Shown here one piece after another: positions 42,525-53,306 of a stretch of DNA of 64,000 nt. Source of the DNA: an uncultured Geobacter sp. (GTDB lineage: Bacteria; Desulfobacterota; Desulfuromonadia; Geobacterales; Pseudopelobacteraceae); contig CAZZMP010000004.1 of assembly GCA_964655435.1 (NCBI GenBank), forward strand, positions 18,544 through 82,543. Reading direction: 5' to 3'. Position numbers and translations under genes: made by a program. Numbering within the stretch: position 1 is the stretch's first letter; every line of letters starts with the position of its first letter. A model generated the notes under the pieces. The model was not told where the DNA came from. It ran no database searches and was given only the letters and a program-made list of their open reading frames with translations.

Positions 42525-42916
42525 GGTCGTTCTCCTTTGTAAGGTAGTTTGGTTGAATTTGGATGATTAATTAATTTCGGTTTTTATCTTTTTTGCTATT
42601 TGGTTTTCCAAGAGCTTTTTCTTCATCTTCTGATTTAATAAGTAGCAAGTAGAGTGCCAAAGCATAAAAAACAATTAAATATATATAACATGCTGAATAA
42701 ACAGGCTTTATTATTTTCATAAGTTCTAAAACAAAAATTAATCTGTATTAAATTTATATGCAGGTTTAGGAATTCAATCGGAGATAATACAATTTAACAT
42801 ATTGATGTTATTATGTTTTTTTCCGTAATATTCAAAAACGGGATGTATGAATGAATAATACATTATGATAGAGAGAACAGCTTTTCTGTTTTGCCCTACC
42901 CTGAAACAATCACCTT

Positions 42917-44911
42917 TCATAGAGATTTTATCTTATTAAGGCACTCTGCCAGTTCTATCATATCAACAGGTTTGGATATGTAATCATCAAAGCCCTGAGA
43001 GAAAAATTTTTCCCTGTCTCCATGAAGTGCAAATGCAGTAATGGCAATGACAGGAACATGCCCTCCTTTTGTTTTTTCCTGTTCCCTTATTTTTAAAATA
43101 GCAGTGCTGCCATCCATTACAGGCATCTGAATGTCCATTAAAATAGCATCAAAATTTCCTTGTAGCCAGAGAGCAAGCGCCTCCTCGCCATTGTTAGCAA
43201 CTGTGGCCTGAGAACCAAGACGCCTTATCATTGCAACAATTGTAACGGCATTAAGTACGTTATCCTCTGCGACAAGCAGATTTAATTTACTGCAAGCAAG
43301 CAGCTTTGGGATATTCAGATTCTGCTTTAGTTGTAAATCATTCAAAATATCAGATTTTTGGAAAGGCAATTCAAGATAGAATGTTGAACCTTTGTCAGGT
43401 ACTGATTCAGCCCATATATTTCCTTCCATCAGCTCTGTGAGGCGACGGCAGATAGTAAGCCCGAGACCGCTGCCACCATACATCCGTGTTATAGAGTTAT
43501 CTGCCTGTTCAAAGCTGTTAAAGATCCTGGAAAGGACATCAGGTGTCATCCCTATGCCGGTATCACTTACAGCCAACTTTATTATGATCTTATCTTCATT
43601 AACCTCGTTTAAGCCTGCTGTAATACCAATACTGCCGGCATCCGTAAATTTGATTGCATTGCCAAGAAGGTTTAACAGTATCTGTTTAAATCTTAGCGGA
43701 TCACCTTTTACCACCTCCGGAACCGCAGGATCGATATCAATGATAAGTTTCAGGCCTTTCTGACTGATACGGCATGATTGCCCTGCAACCAATTCCCTAA
43801 TAGTCAGCGGCAAAGGAAAGTCACACAGCTCAAGCTCCATCTTCCCCGATTCTATCTTTGAGAGATCCAGGATATCATTAATCAGTGCAAGGAGATTATT
43901 TGAGGATGATTCAAGATTATCCAGATATTCCTGCTGTTCATCAGTCAGTTCGGTATAACGCAGCAGCTGAGTCATTCCAAGCACACCATTAATTGGAGTA
44001 CGAATCTCGTGACTCATGTTGGAAAGAAACTCGCTCTTGGCACGATTGGCAGCTTCAGCCTGCTCTTTGGCGGCAAGCAGCTCAATACGGTTTAACTCCC
44101 GTTCTGTAATATCCCGATTACTTCCCCGTATCCCGAGAAAGTTCCCATAGCCGTCAAAAACAGGACGGCATACATGCGCCAGCCACCGTATCTCTCCATC
44201 TGCAGATAGTATTCTAAAATCTACCTCGTCCTCCAGATGCGCAGCCGCAAATGTATCGTGATGATTACGGTATTTTTCAAGATCCTCTGGATGGATTATT
44301 TTGGTGTAAAACTCCATATCCTCAGAAAACTGTGCAGGGTCATATCCGGTAATTCTCTTGCAAGCAGGTGAACTGTAGATAAATTTTCCATCAGGCGCTG
44401 TCCAGAACTCCCAGTCATATGTATTTTCAGCAACAATCCTGAATTTTTGTTCTTCATACTTAAACTTATCTTCCCCAGTCTTTCGTTCAGTTATGTCATA
44501 GATGATTGGAGCCAGAAGTTTTTGATCTCCAAACTTGATAAATGCAGAATGAACTTCAACTATTCTTGTTTCTCCATTTTTAAGACGGTGCGACGCCTCA
44601 TGCAGAGTTGTCGTACCCTCAGCAATGCTCTTTTTTAGAGATTTCTGTTCATCCTCTGACAACAGACTGATGCTATTAATAGACATCCTGGTAAGCTCTT
44701 CATAGCTGTAACCATAAAAATTGGTGGCGCTTATATTTGCATCCAGAATAATGCCGCTCTCAAGTTCTATCAACATCATGGGAGCTGAATGATTGCGAAA
44801 AAACTGCTCAAAGAACGGCTCCTGGCACTTTAGTCTCTTAAATCGTTGAGAGAACAGGGCTGATCCAGATTTAAGCTTTATTTTATTGTGCCGTCCTTCA
44901 GCCTTTGGCAT
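42917..44911 (-). CDS. Hybrid sensor histidine kinase (2 PAS, HisKA, HATPase_c, REC)
   Basis: H-box [15 protein letters not shown]-boxes DTGIGM and GGSGLGLTI, and a C-terminal receiver (LVAEDN...[14 protein letters not shown]). Confidence 0.9.
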   Translation of the reverse strand: MPKAEGRHNKIKLKSGSALFSQRFKRLKCQEPFFEQFFRNHSAPMMLIELESGIILDANISATNFYGYSYEELTRMSINSISLLSEDEQKSLKKSIAEGTTTLHEASHRLKNGETRIVEVHSAFIKFGDQKLLAPIIYDITERKTGEDKFKYEEQKFRIVAENTYDWEFWTAPDGKFIYSSPACKRITGYDPAQFSEDMEFYTKIIHPEDLEKYRNHHDTFAAAHLEDEVDFRILSADGEIRWLAHVCRPVFDGYGNFLGIRGSNRDITERELNRIELLAAKEQAEAANRAKSEFLSNMSHEIRTPINGVLGMTQLLRYTELTDEQQEYLDNLESSSNNLLALINDILDLSKIESGKMELELCDFPLPLTIRELVAGQSCRISQKGLKLIIDIDPAVPEVVKGDPLRFKQILLNLLGNAIKFTDAGSIGITAGLNEVNEDKIIIKLAVSDTGIGMTPDVLSRIFNSFEQADNSITRMYGGSGLGLTICRRLTELMEGNIWAESVPDKGSTFYLELPFQKSDILNDLQLKQNLNIPKLLACSKLNLLVAEDNVLNAVTIVAMIRRLGSQATVANNGEEALALWLQGNFDAILMDIQMPVMDGSTAILKIREQEKTKGGHVPVIAITAFALHGDREKFFSQGFDDYISKPVDMIELAECLNKIKSL

Positions 44912-44958
44912 TTAATTCAAACCTCAGAATGTTATAATATCAATTAATTAAAGGATAT

Positions 44959-47121
44959 TTAGGGAATATCAAACTGATTGACAGCCTGTCGGAAAGCATC
45001 TAACTGTTCTCTCAGTTTTATGAACCTTTCCGGCGCAGCCTCAAGTTCTCCATCTTTTGCCGCAGCCTCTATCATGGCTGCGGTCTCTCTCATCTTCATG
45101 GCTCCTATGTTTGCAGATGAACCTTTTATGGCATGAGCGCTGGTTCTTACCTTCTGGCAATCTCCGGTAGCTATAGCCTCTGCAAGAGAGGCAAGAGAAG
45201 GCTCAAGCCCTTTGAAAAACAGCCCTGTAAATTTAGGGATAAGGGCTTCTGCTCCACCAAGGCGTTCAAGGAGTTCCTCTCTTGCATATACAGGAATCTC
45301 ATCCTTTGCCGCCAAGGGAGTTACAGATGCAGTCTCAACAGTAATCACTCCGGCTGAACTACAATACCGCTGGATCATATCCAACATCTGAGATGGCTTC
45401 AACGGCTTGGAGATGTAGTCATCCATCCCTGCAGCCAGACATCTTTCACGATCATCCTTTCCGGCATATGCAGTCATGGCAACAACAGGTATACTCGCAT
45501 TGCCACGTTCAGTCTCAAGCTTTCTGATAGCAACAACAGACTGTAATCCATCCATCTCCGGCATCTGGACATCCATCAAGACAATATCAAACCGACCGGC
45601 AGCAAAGAGTTCCAGAGCCTCTTTACCGTTTGCAGCCTCAGTTATCCGATGGTCATAACGCTCAAGCACAGCCTTCACCAGTTCACGATTGATCTCAACA
45701 TCATCAGCCAGCAGAACCGATAACCCTCTTACAGGTTGCATTGTGGAAATCGCTGACTGTTCTTCTTCACCCTCTATAAAAGTTTCTTTCCCTAGAATAC
45801 CAAACCATGCGGTAAAGAAGAAATGACTCCCCTCAGAAGGACTGCTTTCTAGCCAGAGTTTTCCCCCCATAAGCTCAACAAGGCTCTTGCAAATGGAAAG
45901 CCCTAGACCTGTCCCACCAAATTTTTTTGTTGTTGTAAGATCCGCCTGTTCAAAGGTCTCAAAGATACGTGATTGAGCTTCAAGCGGTATACCAATTCCT
46001 TGATCAGAAACACAGAATTTTAGAAGAAGCCCATCTTCAAGTTTTTCTTCAACCTCCACTGATGCTGTTATGGCACCCCGACTGCTGAATTTTATGGAAT
46101 TGCCTACAAGATTGGTCAATATCTGACGCACCTTGTAGCTATCCCCGTTTAGTCTGTCCGGAACAGAATCATCAACCTCAATAATAAGCTTCAGCCCTTT
46201 CTGTTCTGCACGCAATCCCAGTGCATACAAAGCCTGTTCCAGGGTCCTGCGGAGCAGAAACGGGACAGGCGCAAGTTCAAGCTTACCAGCCTCAATTTTT
46301 GAGAAATCAAGGATATCATTGATAATAACCATAAGATTTTCAGCTGAATCCCTGATTGCCAATAGTTTTTTCTTCTGTTCATCAGGGGTGAAGCCACCTT
46401 CAAGAAGCAGCTCCGTCATACCCATCACCCCGTTCATAGGGGTACGGATCTCATGGCTCATATTTGCTAGAAATTCACTCTTTGCCCTGCTTGCAGCCTC
46501 CGCCTTTTCACGAGATACTCCAAGTTCAACTGTGCGTTCATGAACACGCTGTTCAAGTGTCGCCATATTTTCTCTGAGCAACCCACGCAAGGTTGTGCTC
46601 TCAAGGGCATATGCAGCTGCATTAATCAGGATGGAAAGTGCATTTAGAGTCGGGGCATCTATAGATGCGGATTCATTGGAAAGAATACCTACAAACATAC
46701 CGTGGATACGGGAACGGGTTGATATGCTCTGCATCAGCAGGCTGCCACCGGAGGCAACAGGCACAATAACCGCCTGATTTCTGTTTATTGCCCAGGCAAA
46801 ACTGCCATCCATAATAGATGCATCAGCGGCTTCCTGTAGATTTGTGCTAGAGGCTATGGTATCGCAAAAACTCAGTTCAAAACTGCCATCTTTCATAGCC
46901 TCAAGAATACCGGCCTGAGAAAAAGGGATCAGGCGACGCACCTGTGAGAGTGTAGCACTAAAAATATCTGAAAGACCTTCGGCTCTGGCCAGTTCCGCCT
47001 GAAAATCTCCGCTGCTTGCCAACATTTCAAATATCGAAATATAGCGGCGGTTTGACTCTTCAAGGTAATCAACACGTTCTTTTAAAAAAACAGGGTCAGT
47101 TCTTTGCTCTTTCGGCTCCAT
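44959..47121 (-). CDS. Hybrid sensor histidine kinase (GAF-like N-terminus, HisKA, HATPase_c, REC, HPt)
   Basis: H-box [23 protein letters not shown], receiver DIVLMDVQMPEMDG, and HPt motif SAHAIKGSSANIGA. Confidence 0.9.
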   Translation of the reverse strand: MEPKEQRTDPVFLKERVDYLEESNRRYISIFEMLASSGDFQAELARAEGLSDIFSATLSQVRRLIPFSQAGILEAMKDGSFELSFCDTIASSTNLQEAADASIMDGSFAWAINRNQAVIVPVASGGSLLMQSISTRSRIHGMFVGILSNESASIDAPTLNALSILINAAAYALESTTLRGLLRENMATLEQRVHERTVELGVSREKAEAASRAKSEFLANMSHEIRTPMNGVMGMTELLLEGGFTPDEQKKKLLAIRDSAENLMVIINDILDFSKIEAGKLELAPVPFLLRRTLEQALYALGLRAEQKGLKLIIEVDDSVPDRLNGDSYKVRQILTNLVGNSIKFSSRGAITASVEVEEKLEDGLLLKFCVSDQGIGIPLEAQSRIFETFEQADLTTTKKFGGTGLGLSICKSLVELMGGKLWLESSPSEGSHFFFTAWFGILGKETFIEGEEEQSAISTMQPVRGLSVLLADDVEINRELVKAVLERYDHRITEAANGKEALELFAAGRFDIVLMDVQMPEMDGLQSVVAIRKLETERGNASIPVVAMTAYAGKDDRERCLAAGMDDYISKPLKPSQMLDMIQRYCSSAGVITVETASVTPLAAKDEIPVYAREELLERLGGAEALIPKFTGLFFKGLEPSLASLAEAIATGDCQKVRTSAHAIKGSSANIGAMKMRETAAMIEAAAKDGELEAAPERFIKLREQLDAFRQAVNQFDIP

Positions 47122-47123
47122 TA

Positions 47124-47990
47124 CTATGCCTCCGACAATATCGCAAAGGTCTCTTCAATCTGGGACTCTACCTGCTTAAGCACAGGAGCCAGCTGATTCG
47201 GAGACATTCCAAGACGTTCCCATGATGCAGGATCAAGTGGCGAGACAAAACGCTCACAATTTTGCCCCAGTTGATATGCCTGACAAATTATATCCGACAG
47301 ATGGATCAGAGATGCCTCAAGAGGAAACTGCTCAGCTCCGGCAGGACGATGATGATATGAAACAGGTTCGTATATATTATTCGGGATTTTCCATTCTTTA
47401 AGTAACGCGCCGCCAACATTCGCATGATCAAAACCGAGACGTTCACGCTCTAGATCAAAATATATTATCTCTCGCGAAATAGATTCTTCTATCATTCCGC
47501 GCACAAGATCACCCAGTATCGTAGCCATGATAAGTTGACCGATATCATGGAGCATTCCAGCCACAAAAAAACGCTCTACATTTACTTCACGCCGCCATGT
47601 TGCAAGCGCTCTTGCTATGATACCGCAGGCAATTGAATGGCGCCAGAAAGAGGCCATACTCATAAGCTCTTCAGGAATCCCTTTGAATATGCCCATAACA
47701 GAGGCGGCAAGAGCAAGATCTCGCAACTGCTGTGTCCCTATTATAGTAACCGCTTTTGAAATGGAGCCTACATTACCGAAATAACCAAACATCGGGCTGT
47801 TGGCCAATCGCAAGATGCGGGCTGTCAACCCTTGGTCTTCTGTGATTATGCCGGCAATTTCATCAATTGAAGTCCTTGGATGGTTTATCGCTTCATTCAG
47901 ACGTTCATAAAAGAGAGGGAGAGAATAGACCGTGTTGGTTCGGTCTATCAACCATTCAACGGTATATTTGGGGGAATCAGCAAATGCCAC
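47124..47990 (-). CDS. HDOD domain protein
   Basis: DQGLTARILRLANSPMFG...FVAGMLHDIGQLIM...GFDHANVGGALLKEWKIP. Confidence 0.85.
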   Translation of the reverse strand: MAFADSPKYTVEWLIDRTNTVYSLPLFYERLNEAINHPRTSIDEIAGIITEDQGLTARILRLANSPMFGYFGNVGSISKAVTIIGTQQLRDLALAASVMGIFKGIPEELMSMASFWRHSIACGIIARALATWRREVNVERFFVAGMLHDIGQLIMATILGDLVRGMIEESISREIIYFDLERERLGFDHANVGGALLKEWKIPNNIYEPVSYHHRPAGAEQFPLEASLIHLSDIICQAYQLGQNCERFVSPLDPASWERLGMSPNQLAPVLKQVESQIEETFAILSEA

Positions 47991-48312
47991 GTTGCACCTT
48001 CCTTATGGCAGCCAGCCGAAAAAGTTCTCGAAGCGCAGGGTGTTCAATGCCAGAATGTCGGAAAAGCGGTTGGATGGAAGCTTCAGCTGCTGCCAGAGCT
48101 TCAATATCTACCTCAGGAGGAAGGGTTGGCTCTGTGTCAACATAATCAATACCGGCAATATCTGCCTCAACAATACCCCAGGTACGGAAAATGGTCAGAT
48201 GCTTCTGATTTAGCTCGGCTCCAGCGCCAAGCAACATGCGACCATTCCGGTCAAGCACATCCGTTGCCAGCAGCATTCCAATCTCAAGATTATCTATAGC
48301 AACCTTACCCAT
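47977..48312 (-). CDS. Hypothetical protein, first gene of the HDOD/hybrid-kinase operon
   Basis: 111-aa ORF overlapping the HDOD gene start. No motif recognised. Confidence 0.5.
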   Translation of the reverse strand: MGKVAIDNLEIGMLLATDVLDRNGRMLLGAGAELNQKHLTIFRTWGIVEADIAGIDYVDTEPTLPPEVDIEALAAAEASIQPLFRHSGIEHPALRELFRLAAIRKVQRGIC

Positions 48313-48383
48313 AATTGCGGCCGTCTCCTTTCGAAAACATGCCTTACAATAACATTATTTCAGGCCAAATCAAACAGTTGTCA

Positions 48384-49364
48384 TTATATTACCGGTGTCA
48401 TAGTCAAAACAGGATTTTTGCTATGCAAATAGTCAATCAGCATCTGAAAATCGCTAGGTGGTTCAGAAACAAATTCCATGAATTCTCCGCTTGCAGGATG
48501 GATAAAGCCCAAAACTCTGGCATGCAGAGCCTGCCTTCCAAGAGAGGCGATCATGCTCTTTAGCTTCGAATCTTTAAGATTATTAAATCTGCCACCATCA
48601 GGGTAGAGCGGATCTCCAAGCAAAGGCATGTTAGCCTCCGTCAGATGTACCCTTATCTGATGGGTACGACCGGTCTCAAGTCTTAGCTGCAAAAGAGATA
48701 CAGAGTCCAGCCGTTCAAGAACCTTCCAGTTTGTGGCAGCTTCCTTGCCATGCCTGGCCTTGCCTGAAAGTCTTAGTCTGTCAGACGGATGACGGCCAAT
48801 TATACCGCTTATCTTTCCGTTATCATCTTTGGGAGAGCCATATATCAAAGCCCAATAAAGACGTTTGATACTATGCCGGGCAAACTGTTCGGCCAAATCG
48901 CGATGAGAGATATCATTCTTTGCAGCCACAATAACACCAGATGTCCCTTTATCCAGACGGTGAACAATCCCTGGTCTTATCTCTCCACCAATACCTGAAA
49001 GATCGTTACAATGATATAAAAGCGCATTTACCAGAGTGCCGGAATCTACACCTGCCCCCGGATGTACAACCATCCCTGCAGGTTTATTTATAACAATCAG
49101 ATCATGGTCTTCATACAGGATATCAAGAGGAATTTCCTCAGGTAGAGGCAAAGCGGCAACCGGCTCAGGAATTTGCAGAAAGACCCTTTCCCCCCCTTTT
49201 AACCTTAATGAGGATCTGGCAGGTTTACCGTCAACCAGAACCTGATGTTCATCAATAAGCCGCTGTAGCGATGCACGGCTAATCTCTGGCAATTGAGATA
49301 CCATAAACGCATCCAGCCTCTGACCTGAGATATCATGCGACACTAAAAATTCCTGTTGATCCAT
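48384..49364 (-). CDS. RluA-family 23S rRNA pseudouridine synthase (RluD-like, with S4 domain)
   Basis: S4-like N-terminus (RLDAFMVSQLPEISRASLQRLI), catalytic HRLDKGTSGVIVAAK, and TGRTHQIRVH. Confidence 0.9.
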   Translation of the reverse strand: MDQQEFLVSHDISGQRLDAFMVSQLPEISRASLQRLIDEHQVLVDGKPARSSLRLKGGERVFLQIPEPVAALPLPEEIPLDILYEDHDLIVINKPAGMVVHPGAGVDSGTLVNALLYHCNDLSGIGGEIRPGIVHRLDKGTSGVIVAAKNDISHRDLAEQFARHSIKRLYWALIYGSPKDDNGKISGIIGRHPSDRLRLSGKARHGKEAATNWKVLERLDSVSLLQLRLETGRTHQIRVHLTEANMPLLGDPLYPDGGRFNNLKDSKLKSMIASLGRQALHARVLGFIHPASGEFMEFVSEPPSDFQMLIDYLHSKNPVLTMTPVI

Positions 49365-49445
49365 AAATGAATCTCCTAAAAAGAGAGGCGCGCCGCCAAG
49401 GCACGCCTCTCAAATCAATTTATTTGAAAAATATCAGAAAGTCTC

Positions 49446-49709
49446 TTACCAGATGGTAGATTCAATCTTCCCTGCACGCTTTATCAGGATATCTACAAGA
49501 GTAAGATCAAAAATTCTTTCCGGGTCAAGTTCAGTTGCAACCCTCGAGTAAAAATGCTGGCGACCTTCCTGAATCTCTTCACTCAAGAGATCAAAGATAT
49601 TATCGTTCTTTATGCCGCTTTCAACTTTTTCCTGATTGTATATTGCCACATCTGAAACAATCGCTCTTGCCAGACGTGTGGCCTGTTCTTTGGCGGTAAT
49701 GAGATTCAT
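49446..49709 (-). CDS. Hypothetical small protein
   Basis: ORF with a likely start at MNLITAKE. No motif recognised. Confidence 0.45.
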   Translation of the reverse strand: MNLITAKEQATRLARAIVSDVAIYNQEKVESGIKNDNIFDLLSEEIQEGRQHFYSRVATELDPERIFDLTLVDILIKRAGKIESTIW

Positions 49710-49811
49710 GGAGCATCCTTTCAAAAGGGAAAATCATCCAAGCATTTTTTAGACTGTAACGCAGATCTGCTCTAAAGTAAACCTGTTGGAATCAATGTTT
49801 TATCTCTTTCA

Positions 49812-50963
49812 TTAATTTCGCCTGAATTTTGGATCGAGCTTTATGTTTTCCGAGTCACCTGTTTTTATGTTCAAAAGTATCCGGCTGCCATTCCGTATAA
49901 CAGTAACCTGTACCGGAACACCTATCTTTGCAGAAGCAACCAGCTGTTGAAGATGTGAAGGATCCCGAACCTCTGAGCCTCCAAAATCCACTATAATATC
50001 TCCTGGCTGCATAGAACCTCTGGCTGCAGGCCCCCCCTCATAAAGCTCTGTTACCAGCGCCCCGCCAGCCTTTTTCAATCCCATTGTATGAGCAACTTCT
50101 TCAGTCACCTGACTTATACCGACACCAAGCCAGGCACGACTTACCTTACCCTTTTCTACAAGTTGCGCAATAATCGGCTTTGCCATATTTGCAGGGATTG
50201 CAAAACCTATCCCCTGACCGGCAGCAACAATGGCTGTGTTTATACCCACAACCTCTCCATGAATGTTAAGCAAAGGTCCGCCTGAATTACCAGGGTTGAT
50301 TGAGGCATCTGTCTGTATAAAGTTTTCTATACTCTCAATCCCGACATTGGAACGACCGGTTGCCGAGATAACCCCTACTGTCATGGATCTTTCAAGACCA
50401 AAAGGATTGCCTATTGCTATAGCCCACTGCCCGACATTAATACGATCAGAGTCTGCCAATACTGCGACCGGCAGTTCAGTCGCATTTATCTTGATTACCG
50501 CAATATCTGTTTTAGGATCAACCCCAACAACAGAGGCTTCATAGACCTTATCATTAGATAGCTTGACCCTGATGCTCTCTGCATCCCTAACCACATGTTC
50601 ATTCGTAACGATGAATCCGTCACGGCTTATTATAAAGCCTGAGCCAAGGCTGCGATCCCTTCTGCCATGTCCCCCTCCAAAGAACTCTTCAAAAAGTGGG
50701 GGCATATCAGGGAATGGGCGAACCATCTTTTTACGGCTTATGGTTGAGATGTTCACAACAGAGGGAGTAACCTTTTTTGAAACCTGACTGAACGCCTGCT
50801 GAGTAGCAAGAATATCGGCAGGGACATCCTTTACAGGCGCTTCTGCCTCAGCAGCAGGACGCTTTGACTTAAAGAACAGCGGTTCATCTTTTGAAGATGA
50901 GCAGGCAGATATAATAACAAGAACAAAAAAAACAGACAGCAGACGGATAAGATCTCTCATCAT
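49812..50963 (-). CDS. HtrA/DegP-family periplasmic serine protease with one PDZ domain
   Basis: Signal/lipobox-like N-terminus. Catalytic triad context TNEHVV, TDIAVIK and GNSGGPLLN. C-terminal PDZ (GGPAARGSMQPGDIIV). Confidence 0.9.
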   Translation of the reverse strand: MMRDLIRLLSVFFVLVIISACSSSKDEPLFFKSKRPAAEAEAPVKDVPADILATQQAFSQVSKKVTPSVVNISTISRKKMVRPFPDMPPLFEEFFGGGHGRRDRSLGSGFIISRDGFIVTNEHVVRDAESIRVKLSNDKVYEASVVGVDPKTDIAVIKINATELPVAVLADSDRINVGQWAIAIGNPFGLERSMTVGVISATGRSNVGIESIENFIQTDASINPGNSGGPLLNIHGEVVGINTAIVAAGQGIGFAIPANMAKPIIAQLVEKGKVSRAWLGVGISQVTEEVAHTMGLKKAGGALVTELYEGGPAARGSMQPGDIIVDFGGSEVRDPSHLQQLVASAKIGVPVQVTVIRNGSRILLNIKTGDSENIKLDPKFRRN

Positions 50964-51167
50964 GTTGACAACCTTACTCGATGGATTGTATATGTTTAAT
51001 ATTGATCTATTATAGAACAGGGTTAGGGAACAGAATTAACTTTAATTATACAGATTAGCAGAGTCAGAAAGTAAAAACAGTTCCAGAGTCAAGCTAGGCT
51101 AGCCCAAAGCAGACTGACTGTCAACAGCTTCGCAGTTGTAACACCGGCAGAATTCAGGAGGAGTAAC

Positions 51168-51761
51168 GTGAGTGACATCAAAACGCAGATCAAGGAGTTC
51201 CGTATAGGGACAAAGATCAGAGGTCAACGTCAGCAACGACGTTTAACACTACAGGAACTTTCCGAACTGACCGGGCTTTCAAAACCGCTTCTATCGCAGA
51301 TTGAGAATGAACAGGTGGTGCCACCTTTAGCTACCCTTCTGAAGATCGCCCGGGGATTAAAAGTTGATATCCATTTCTTCTTTGAAGATGAAGGCAACAG
51401 ACAGCAACTGGTCTTGACACGCGCTGACGATTTGCGCCCCGATCTCCAACGCCAGCCTGTCAACACAGAAAATCGCCCATACAGATATCATTCGCTTGCC
51501 CAGGGAATGAGGCACAAGAATATGGAACCTTTCCTTGTTGAGGTAGAAGCAACAGTCTGGGATGACAAACTGTTTTTCAGCCACGAAGGGGAGGAGGAAT
51601 TCCTCTACATCCTTGATGGAGAGATAGACCTCCACTATGGCAACGAAATCTACCGGATGCAGCCTGGAGACAGCGTCTATTATGATTCAAGCCAACAACA
51701 TGGGCTAGTCTCGACTGGAACAGTTAAGGCAAGAATCGTTGCGGTTCTTTATTCCAAATAA
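51168..51761 (+). CDS. XRE-family HTH regulator with C-terminal cupin domain
   Basis: LTLQELSELTGLSKPLLSQIENEQ HTH, then a cupin core GEEEFLYILDGEIDLHYG...PGDSVYYDSSQQHG. Confidence 0.85.
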   Translation: MSDIKTQIKEFRIGTKIRGQRQQRRLTLQELSELTGLSKPLLSQIENEQVVPPLATLLKIARGLKVDIHFFFEDEGNRQQLVLTRADDLRPDLQRQPVNTENRPYRYHSLAQGMRHKNMEPFLVEVEATVWDDKLFFSHEGEEEFLYILDGEIDLHYGNEIYRMQPGDSVYYDSSQQHGLVSTGTVKARIVAVLYSK

Positions 51762-51769
51762 ACTTTACT

Positions 51770-52165
51770 TTATTCGTGATAACCCAGCACCACCAGAACA
51801 CAGCTGTGGTCTGCAATAACGTTAATACCTGCTGATTTGCAGCGCTCAACGGCGGCCTCACTCTCTGCCCCTGGCTGCATCCAGATATCGGTTATCCCTC
51901 TTGCAATGGCAGCCTCAACCACTTTTTCAGTCACTGCAGGCGGGGTAATAACCGAGATGCTCTTAACATTATCCGGCAGGTCAGCCACCGTTGCAACAGA
52001 GGCCACCCCTTCAACCATTCCCACCTTTGGATTTACCGGAATAACCTTCCTGTTGTTCATCTGATAGCAGCGAAGCACCTTGTTACCATATTTGCTGCGA
52101 TCCTCTGATGCTCCGACAACGCCAAAAACCTCGGACTGAAGAAACTTTTCAATTGCATCTGTCAT
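51770..52165 (-). CDS. CoA-binding domain protein (YccU/YneT-like)
   Basis: SD plus ATG at 52165. VFGVVGASEDRSKYGNKV...VIPVNP...ISVITPP...GITDIWMQPGAES. Confidence 0.8.
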   Translation of the reverse strand: MTDAIEKFLQSEVFGVVGASEDRSKYGNKVLRCYQMNNRKVIPVNPKVGMVEGVASVATVADLPDNVKSISVITPPAVTEKVVEAAIARGITDIWMQPGAESEAAVERCKSAGINVIADHSCVLVVLGYHE

Positions 52166-52223
52166 ATTATTTCTCCTGGATAAACTCACTATTGCGCCAA
52201 TCAGGCAGTTGCAGTATGTTAAT

Positions 52224-53306
52224 ATGATGTCAACTTTATCTATAATCAATCAAAAAATCCATGCCGGAGAGCGCCTGACTAAAGAGGATGCTCTAACACT
52301 TTACAGTTCCAATGATCTGCTAGCAATTGGAGAAATGGCTGCTTTGGCGAATGAACGGAAAAACGGCAAGAATGTCTATTTTAATGTCAACCGCCATATA
52401 AATCCGACAAACCTCTGCGTAAACCGCTGTACTTTCTGTGCATTTTCACGGACAGCGGATGCCGGTGACGCTTATACCATGGCTCTTGACCAGATGGTAG
52501 GCAAAGCTGTCGCCGCAGAGGCTGAAGGCGCTACAGAGGTGCATATCGTCGGGGGACTGCATCCTACCCTCTCTTTTGATTTTTACCTTGAGCTGCTTCG
52601 TGAGATAAGATCCAATGCCCCATCCCTCCATATAAAGGCATTTACCGCCGTGGAGATAGACTACCTTTCAAGGATAAGCGGCCTCGGAATTGAACAGACT
52701 CTTGCAAAACTGATAGAGGCAGGTCTTGGCTCCATGCCTGGTGGTGGCGCTGAAATACTTGTTGATGAGGTGCGTCAGAAGATATGTCCTGAAAAGATTG
52801 ACAGCAACCGCTGGCTGGAAATACACCGGATAGCACATAATATCGGGCTTAAAACCAATTCAACCATGCTGTATGGTCATGTAGAGACCATTACAGACAG
52901 GGTGCAACATCTTGCAAGGCTCCGTAAACTTCAGGATGAAACAGGCGGATTCCAGGTGTTTATCCCATTGGCCTGGCAGCCTGAAAACTCTCCTCTAAAG
53001 CTTGACACAAAAGGCACATCCGGTCTTGACGACCTTAAAACACTTGCTATTGCGCGCCTTTTTCTGGATAACTTCCCTCACTTGAAGGCTTACTGGATCA
53101 TGCTTGGAGAAAAGATTGCCCAGGTTTCTCTATCATTCGGTGTTGATGATCTCGATGGCACTGTAGTTGAAGAGAAAATTGGACATGATGGCGGAGCAGA
53201 TTCACCGCAGACACTCTCGCTTAACCGCTTGATAAAGTTGATAAGGGTTGCCGGAAAAATACCGGTGGAGCGGGATACACTTTACAACCCGATTCGGAGT
53301 TTCTGA
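52224..53306 (+). CDS. Radical-SAM menaquinone (futalosine pathway) enzyme, MqnE/MqnC family
   Basis: CVNRCTFCAF radical-SAM cluster motif in a CofH/MqnC/MqnE-like context (INPTNLC..., VHIVGGLHP, STMLYGHVET). I cannot separate MqnE from MqnC by eye. Confidence 0.75.
   Translation: MMSTLSIINQKIHAGERLTKEDALTLYSSNDLLAIGEMAALANERKNGKNVYFNVNRHINPTNLCVNRCTFCAFSRTADAGDAYTMALDQMVGKAVAAEAEGATEVHIVGGLHPTLSFDFYLELLREIRSNAPSLHIKAFTAVEIDYLSRISGLGIEQTLAKLIEAGLGSMPGGGAEILVDEVRQKICPEKIDSNRWLEIHRIAHNIGLKTNSTMLYGHVETITDRVQHLARLRKLQDETGGFQVFIPLAWQPENSPLKLDTKGTSGLDDLKTLAIARLFLDNFPHLKAYWIMLGEKIAQVSLSFGVDDLDGTVVEEKIGHDGGADSPQTLSLNRLIKLIRVAGKIPVERDTLYNPIRSF

Noticed and set aside
42571-42720. 49-aa minus-strand ORF (MKIIKPVYSACYIYLIVFYALALYLLLIKSEDEEKALGKPNSKKDKNRN) upstream of the 88-aa membrane protein
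   Set aside because: It has one plausible TM helix, but no SD, and it lies in a very AT-rich region where such ORFs arise by chance. I kept it only as a note.
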